Of a stretch of 64,000 nt of DNA, positions 58,689 to 64,000 are shown in pieces. The stretch covers positions 62,001 through 126,000 of IMG/VR virus record IMGVR_UViG_3300041411_000129; one strand, 5' to 3'. How positions within the stretch are numbered: position 1 is the first letter of the stretch; every line of letters begins with the position of its first letter. The notes under the pieces were generated by a model. That model was given only the letters and a program-made list of their open reading frames with translations. It was not told where the DNA came from and did no database searches. A program made the translations under genes and the position numbers.

Positions 58689-59767
58689 GCTGGCAGTCTT
58701 TCCACAACCATCCTTACAAGGCGCTCAGACAAGTAACCCGAGGCAGCCCCAGTAAGGCCATTGTCAAATGTCTTCTCTTCCTTGATCTGGATGAGAGTGC
58801 GTCTGAGGATAGTTGTTTCCTTGAGGATGCGGTCGTAACCACTCTTCTCAGCAAACGCCAGCATTACAGCTACAGCATCCATCTTCTGCGCCATCAGTGC
58901 CCACTCTACCTGATAGGTAGGAGTCATGGATGGGAGACAAACGGTGTCGAGATAGTTGCTGCCGAAGATAGCTGGAATAGAAGCCATCATCTGCCCACCA
59001 GTCATGGCTTTAGCCGAGACTTTACTGTAGACATCAACAACAATAGCTTGAGCTGGGTCATTCACAGAGGTTTGACCGAATGGCAGGTTGGTCTTGACAT
59101 CGCAGCTTTCACGAATACCCAAGTGAACCATCAACTTATTGAACAGAGCCACGTTAAGGTGACTCTTAATCAGGTTGAGCAGAACAACCTGGGTCAGGAA
59201 GGCTTCGATCAACTTACCCGGATTAGCCGCCTGCCACATCTTCCATTGAGCAGCCAACAGAGGGATGTCGATATTGATGACCGCTAAGTCTGGCTTCTCG
59301 ATATCGATGGAGTTCATCACACCGAGTTCGACCATCGTCATATCGCTGATCGGGTGGTTGACTACGGTGACCGGCTCAAGGTCATGCCATCCACGCCAAA
59401 GGTCCATGATCGTGTACGACTCATCGCGAGAATACATAATGATCTCAGGGCAGCCCGGATAGAAGACGCCTTCTGTGAATAGGGTCCCTTTGCTGAAGCT
59501 GGCCGCAATGCCCAGTCCAGAACACATCCGTCTGGCCGCTATCTCGCAGTCAGCCATGTACTTGACCAGATCCCCTGTGAACTCGACATTGAGGTTCAGA
59601 AGGATCTTAGCTAATAGATGAGAGCTGTCGACACGACCTGGATAACTACCGCGTTCGGTTACGTACTTCTTGTAGTTCTCGCTAACCCTCCCACGCAGAT
59701 AGTCCATCCGGGGGAATTGGAAAGGCGAATTCTCAAACCGGGTTGTCCGATTAAGTAACTGATACAT
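58682..59767 (-). CDS. conserved chimallivirus protein (phiKZ gp52-like)
   Basis: 361 aa, divergent from chimallin in the conserved position. Confidence 0.65.
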   Translation of the reverse strand: MYQLLNRTTRFENSPFQFPRMDYLRGRVSENYKKYVTERGSYPGRVDSSHLLAKILLNLNVEFTGDLVKYMADCEIAARRMCSGLGIAASFSKGTLFTEGVFYPGCPEIIMYSRDESYTIMDLWRGWHDLEPVTVVNHPISDMTMVELGVMNSIDIEKPDLAVINIDIPLLAAQWKMWQAANPGKLIEAFLTQVVLLNLIKSHLNVALFNKLMVHLGIRESCDVKTNLPFGQTSVNDPAQAIVVDVYSKVSAKAMTGGQMMASIPAIFGSNYLDTVCLPSMTPTYQVEWALMAQKMDAVAVMLAFAEKSGYDRILKETTILRRTLIQIKEEKTFDNGLTGAASGYLSERLVRMVVERLPAA

Positions 59768-59923
59768 TTTAATGTCCCGGATAGATGGTTGCGTAAAAAG
59801 TTACACATGTTCACTATTATATAGTAGATCCCTCGAAGACATTCGTAACCCGAATGTCTCGACAGCGTCTGCTACCCCAGTACGCTGTTTAGAGTCATTT
59901 CATTTGGACCGCGACCAACAAAT

Positions 59924-60002
59924 TTCTGGTGATACATTATCATCGTGCATATAGAAACACGCTGATGGAAATGAATCTAAAAACATTACAGGTATACATT
60001 AC
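59924..60002 (+). promoter_or_regulatory. tandem putative early promoters for chimallin
   Basis: TTCTGGTGATACATTAT (59924-59940) and TTACAGGTATACATTAC (59986-60002). Confidence 0.6.
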
Positions 60003-60243
60003 CGTAGTGAATATAACCAGTGGATAAGGAAAGTCGAAGTGATCTAAGTAAAAAGTCACACAGCAACAGAATCTTAAGACCCGTAGCGTAAAGCCGGTTT
60101 AGTGCAACCGGTTCAAGCCCGTGCTATTCACGACGGTGGGTATTGCCGGGAATCCCTGATAGCGATAAGGGTAATAGTACCGTAATTGCCAGTTAGGCAC
60201 CATCGCAATAAATGTGTACACAAAATCTTTAGGAGTAGCACCA

Positions 60244-62262
60244 GTGAGCAAAGAAAACGGTAACGACGGCTTCGAAATGAAAGATGACGCCCCAGCCCCA
60301 CGCGCCGAAGCTCCAGCATCTGAGCGCCGTGAAGAACGTCGCGAAGAGCCACGTCGTGAAGAACGCAATACCCGCCGCGATCGCGATGAGCGTGAAGAAG
60401 GCGAAGAACGTGCGTTCACGATTGCGGACATCGGCCGTACCCTGAACGTCCGTCCATCCAGCGGTGGCCTGAGCGATGCTGCTCTGTCCGCACTCATGGC
60501 TGCGTTCGAGAAGAACAAGGCGTTCGACAAACCGAACCTGCCTGATGCAATCAAGCGCGACCGCTTCAAAGTGATTCCGCTGGACGGCTCCCTGGCCAAG
60601 TCCTCGCTGAACTCGCTGCTGGTAACTCTGCCAATCGTCATCGGCGCTGGCAAGGCAACTCTGGTTTACGTTCTGACCATCGAACCGGCCGGTGGCCACG
60701 GTACTCGCAGTCAGGTCGATCGCGGCACCACTTACGATGCGATCGTTCTGCCTGAAGACCAACTGGCTACCAAGCCGTACAAACGCGCCATCGAAGATCA
60801 GGTCTCCGGCCTGAACAAAGATGCCAAGGTTGTGGTGATCGGTTCGCAGGTTCTGCTGTCGTCGGTTGTAGCGAAGCTGAACAAAGAAGAAAACAGCGCC
60901 GTCGTCGATCGTATCTTCGACAACGCCCTGGATGCACTGTGCGGCTACCGCGAAAACCTGGTCGACAAGGCCGGTGGTTCCCGCAACAGCGCCTTCCGCA
61001 TCAGCCCGAAAATGATCGGCCGCACTGGCCGTCTGGAAACCACCTGGAACTACAGCGGTCAACCGGGCGAAGATAGCTCGGGTCAGCCGATCCGTTCCGA
61101 CTGCACCGGTAACCTGTTCTACAGCGAAGCCAGCAACGAAGACGATAACCAGTACGACCGTACCCCAATGGGCGAAATCCGTGCAGGTATCGACCTCTTC
61201 CTGGCCGACAACCGTGAACAGTCCAGCGGTCCATCCTTCTCGCGTCGCCGCAAGTCGCAAGAAGAAGGCGAACCGTTCATCCAGGCCGTTCTGAACATCA
61301 CCTCGATCGCTCCAGCGCCGAACTTCCCGTTCTCTCTGGAACTGGCACTGCTGCTGTTGGCTCAGGCCAACCTGCAATCGAACGACTACCGCTGGGCTTC
61401 CCAGCTGCGTCCTCGCACTGCAATCAGCAACCCAGACGGCACCGGCGTGATGAAGCCTACCAGCAACATCAACTGCCTGCACCTGCTGAACCCGAACCGC
61501 GACTTTGCCAAGATCTTCGACGACGTGTCTCCGAACATGGACGACAACGATCTGAGCGATTACCTCGCGTTCACGGTCTTCCCGAAACTGGCCATCGGCA
61601 TGATGATCCCAAGCTCGGGCGAGAAGTCCTCGGTTCTGTCGATCTTCGAAAGCATCGCGACCACTCGCGATACCGACGTTGCTCGTCGCCACACCAAGAC
61701 GCTGTTCGAAGCTGCCGACGTTCTGTCGGGCAACCGCTTCAGCCGCGCCTACAAGGACCTGGCTGGTTCCACCGACGTAGCTCCAGTGCGTTCGATGGGT
61801 ACTCGTCAGCTGATCGGCACCTGGGTTGATAACCAAGGCAACGTGCGCGACCTGCGCGAATGGAACGTTCAGTCTCTCCTCACCGAAGTTGGCGAGAAGA
61901 ACATCGATCTGGTTACTGACTTCCAGTACACCTACGAGAACGATCGCAACACCGTGGACTTCTGCCTGGCAGAACGTCTGGGCTACCTCCAGAAGGTTGT
62001 TCCGGGCATCCGCGTTACCACCACCGCTCCGCTGCTGGGCTTCGAGCCCGACTTCCTCGAGGCGCTGTCGCGCTCCCTGGACGCAGCTGACATGTCGAGC
62101 TACATGACTGCCGAAGGTGGTCTGAACACTCGTCGTCACGTTGGTGGTAGCAACTGGTCGCAGCTGGCAACTTCCGACATCGGCATCAGCCGTCGTCGTG
62201 GTTCCGACCGCACCACCGCTGATCGTGGCCGTGGTGGTCTGTTCGACACCATCGACTACTAA
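60244..62262 (+). CDS. chmA: chimallin, major phage nuclear shell protein (phiKZ gp54-like)
   Basis: About 670 aa with strong codon optimisation; GQPIRSD motif; lies between the gp52-like gene and the nvRNAP beta-prime gene; GTG start after AGGAG. Confidence 0.88.
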   Translation: MSKENGNDGFEMKDDAPAPRAEAPASERREERREEPRREERNTRRDRDEREEGEERAFTIADIGRTLNVRPSSGGLSDAALSALMAAFEKNKAFDKPNLPDAIKRDRFKVIPLDGSLAKSSLNSLLVTLPIVIGAGKATLVYVLTIEPAGGHGTRSQVDRGTTYDAIVLPEDQLATKPYKRAIEDQVSGLNKDAKVVVIGSQVLLSSVVAKLNKEENSAVVDRIFDNALDALCGYRENLVDKAGGSRNSAFRISPKMIGRTGRLETTWNYSGQPGEDSSGQPIRSDCTGNLFYSEASNEDDNQYDRTPMGEIRAGIDLFLADNREQSSGPSFSRRRKSQEEGEPFIQAVLNITSIAPAPNFPFSLELALLLLAQANLQSNDYRWASQLRPRTAISNPDGTGVMKPTSNINCLHLLNPNRDFAKIFDDVSPNMDDNDLSDYLAFTVFPKLAIGMMIPSSGEKSSVLSIFESIATTRDTDVARRHTKTLFEAADVLSGNRFSRAYKDLAGSTDVAPVRSMGTRQLIGTWVDNQGNVRDLREWNVQSLLTEVGEKNIDLVTDFQYTYENDRNTVDFCLAERLGYLQKVVPGIRVTTTAPLLGFEPDFLEALSRSLDAADMSSYMTAEGGLNTRRHVGGSNWSQLATSDIGISRRRGSDRTTADRGRGGLFDTIDY

Positions 62263-62285
62263 GTCGGCAGATGCGGTAAACTGAC

Positions 62286-62326
62286 ACAGGAGGAGGGGCA
62301 ACCCTCCTCCTGTTTCTTTTTTCTTT
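62286..62326 (+). terminator. intrinsic terminator
   Basis: ACAGGAGGAGGG-GCAA-CCCTCCTCCTGT plus a T run. Confidence 0.9.
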
Positions 62327-62342
62327 ATCTGCGAGAAGCGCC

Positions 62343-63833
62343 ATGGATTTGATTAATTACGATATCTACGAGCCACGTCAGCGTTATCCGGGGCGTAAGG
62401 GTATCTATCCAGTCATTGAAGACTTCGACCTGATGTTCAAGAACTTGAGCATTAAGCCGATGTTGGCAAACGACCTGGATCTCGAAACAGATGAAGGTAA
62501 ACAGCGGTTCAACGATCTGGTCTACACCAAGTACGATGGTGACGTGTTCTCCAACGTGCCGGCGTGTCCATGCCGTAAGACTTCTGGTGGTAGCCGTATT
62601 CATGACAACTGTATTCACTGCGGTTATGAAGTACTGCCAATTACAGAGCAAACTATCGAACCTATCGTCTGGGTAAGGGCACCTGACGAAGTTCCTGGGT
62701 TCATCAACTTGACAATCTACCGGTTGCTCAAGGCCCGATTCACCAAGTCCTCATTCAGCGTCTTCGACTACATCCTTGATCCAAAGTACCGCCCTCCTAA
62801 GCTTAACAGCAAAGAAGAGCGTCTTATTGAAGCGATCGTACCTACTCGTGGGTTGGTCTACTTCCATAAGCACTTCGATGAGATCATGTCCAAGTTGTGC
62901 GCAATCAGGCACTTCGTAACAGCGGCCAAAGCTGCTAGCACGATGCGTTTCATTGATATCCACAAACACCTGATCTTCTGCCGCTACATGCCGTTCCCAT
63001 CCAAGATTGGTTTCATCGTCGAAGATGTGGGCGACCGTACGTACGTCGATCCAAAGATGGCACCCGCACTGGATGCGCTCATCTGTCTTGGCAAAGTAGC
63101 ATCGGCCAAGCGCATTTCTCTGTACGATCTTGAATCCCGGATCGCACGGTCAAGCAATAAGCTCTGCACCTATTACTCGGGTAACGAGCATCTCAAGATC
63201 TTTGACAAGAAAGGAGTATTGCGAAAACTGGTTTACGGTGTATCGCCGCACTTTACGTTCCGTACGGTAATCACCTCGAACCACAAACCTCACGATCACG
63301 AGTCTCTCGAGATTCCATGGGGTTCAGCAGTTCTGACGTTTAAGCTCCACATCGCGAACAAGCTACGGAAGGAGAAGTATACTCCTAACGAAATCTTGAC
63401 GCTGGTCTACGATAACGTTCTTCGGACGCACCACCGCATTGAGAAGATCTTCGACGAGCTGATCGCCGAATCTCCAGGCGGTCGAGGGATGATGGCAGGC
63501 TTTACGCGGTTCCCATCGCTTAAGCGTGGTTCTACGCAAGGCTTCTACATCGATACGATCAAACGCGATCCTACCCAATTGAGTACATCCATCTCTGTAT
63601 TGACGCTGGTAGCACCCAACGCCGACTTCGATGGTGACTACATGTCTGGACAATTGGCACTGGATAACGTGACAGCAAGGGCTTTCGAGCGCCTGAAACC
63701 AAGTACTGGGTTCATGGACCTCAAGAAGGTCTTCGGAGTGAGTAACCACGCAAACATACCTGCGCCGGTTATCTCTACAATCAACGCACGTATTGAGGAA
63801 GGAAACGACCTATCAGTACCCATGGGAGATTGA
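62343..63833 (+). CDS. non-virion RNA polymerase beta-prime-like catalytic subunit (phiKZ gp55/56.1-like)
   Basis: Zn finger CPC...CIHC, KKGVLRK, RFPSL and catalytic NADFDGD (63618-63638). Confidence 0.93.
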   Translation: MDLINYDIYEPRQRYPGRKGIYPVIEDFDLMFKNLSIKPMLANDLDLETDEGKQRFNDLVYTKYDGDVFSNVPACPCRKTSGGSRIHDNCIHCGYEVLPITEQTIEPIVWVRAPDEVPGFINLTIYRLLKARFTKSSFSVFDYILDPKYRPPKLNSKEERLIEAIVPTRGLVYFHKHFDEIMSKLCAIRHFVTAAKAASTMRFIDIHKHLIFCRYMPFPSKIGFIVEDVGDRTYVDPKMAPALDALICLGKVASAKRISLYDLESRIARSSNKLCTYYSGNEHLKIFDKKGVLRKLVYGVSPHFTFRTVITSNHKPHDHESLEIPWGSAVLTFKLHIANKLRKEKYTPNEILTLVYDNVLRTHHRIEKIFDELIAESPGGRGMMAGFTRFPSLKRGSTQGFYIDTIKRDPTQLSTSISVLTLVAPNADFDGDYMSGQLALDNVTARAFERLKPSTGFMDLKKVFGVSNHANIPAPVISTINARIEEGNDLSVPMGD

Positions 63834-63834
63834 C

Positions 63835-64000
63835 ATGGCTTACATCGTAAGTGCTGATGATGACGTAATCCATGCTGCCACTCACGGTATCATGGACAGG
63901 GATGACTTGAGCTTCCTGCGAGATCGCATGGACAGCGCAATGACATCTGCTGGCGGATATGCATCCAGCTTCTTAAAGGCGGCTAGCGACAGGCTGGCTA
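63835..64000 (+). CDS. conserved chimallivirus protein, truncated by the window end (possibly phiKZ gp59-like)
   Basis: GGGAG RBS; open to the end as MAYIVSADDDVIHAATHG... Confidence 0.6.
   Translation, partial: MAYIVSADDDVIHAATHGIMDRDDLSFLRDRMDSAMTSAGGYASSFLKAASDRLA

Noticed and set aside
60214-60243. ORF-track start for chimallin
   Set aside because: The AGGAG RBS lies inside this segment and fits the GTG at 60244
60229-62301. 690-aa minus-strand ORF
   Set aside because: Antisense shadow of codon-optimised chimallin
1-64000. tRNA genes, CRISPR arrays, group I introns, alternative genetic code
   Set aside because: No cloverleaf or spacer-repeat pattern seen by eye; core genes read through intact in the standard code. 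tRNAscan-SE and Infernal were not run

Overview
This window comes from a nucleus-forming, phiKZ-like jumbo phage (Chimalliviridae). It carries chimallin (ChmA), the tubulin PhuZ, four subunits of the split virion RNA polymerase, the catalytic beta-prime-like subunit of the non-virion RNAP and a split family-B DNA polymerase. Structural genes include terminase, tail sheath and tube, a tape-measure protein with a lytic transglycosylase, the prohead protease and head proteins. Two early accessory islands (about 26.6-29.5 kb and 41.6-48.9 kb) are preceded by a repeated TTAYAG-N3-YACATTRY promoter-like motif. No tRNA, rRNA or CRISPR array was seen. The most unusual observations are: (1) a 13-residue copy of the phage's own RNAP active-site loop with the last catalytic Asp changed to Asn (LSLIGPNADFDGN) inside an unrelated early protein; (2) a non-coding cluster of GAA-triloop and tandem G.A hairpins at 47.4-47.6 kb; (3) a structured 476-bp non-coding region ahead of chimallin; (4) a tightly coupled run of small acidic ORFs between phuZ and the DNA polymerase, several sharing an N-terminal motif; (5) a NADAR-like protein and an AlaRS-fragment-like protein. 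Homologue numbers (phiKZ, SPN3US) come from recalled motifs and synteny, not from database searches.
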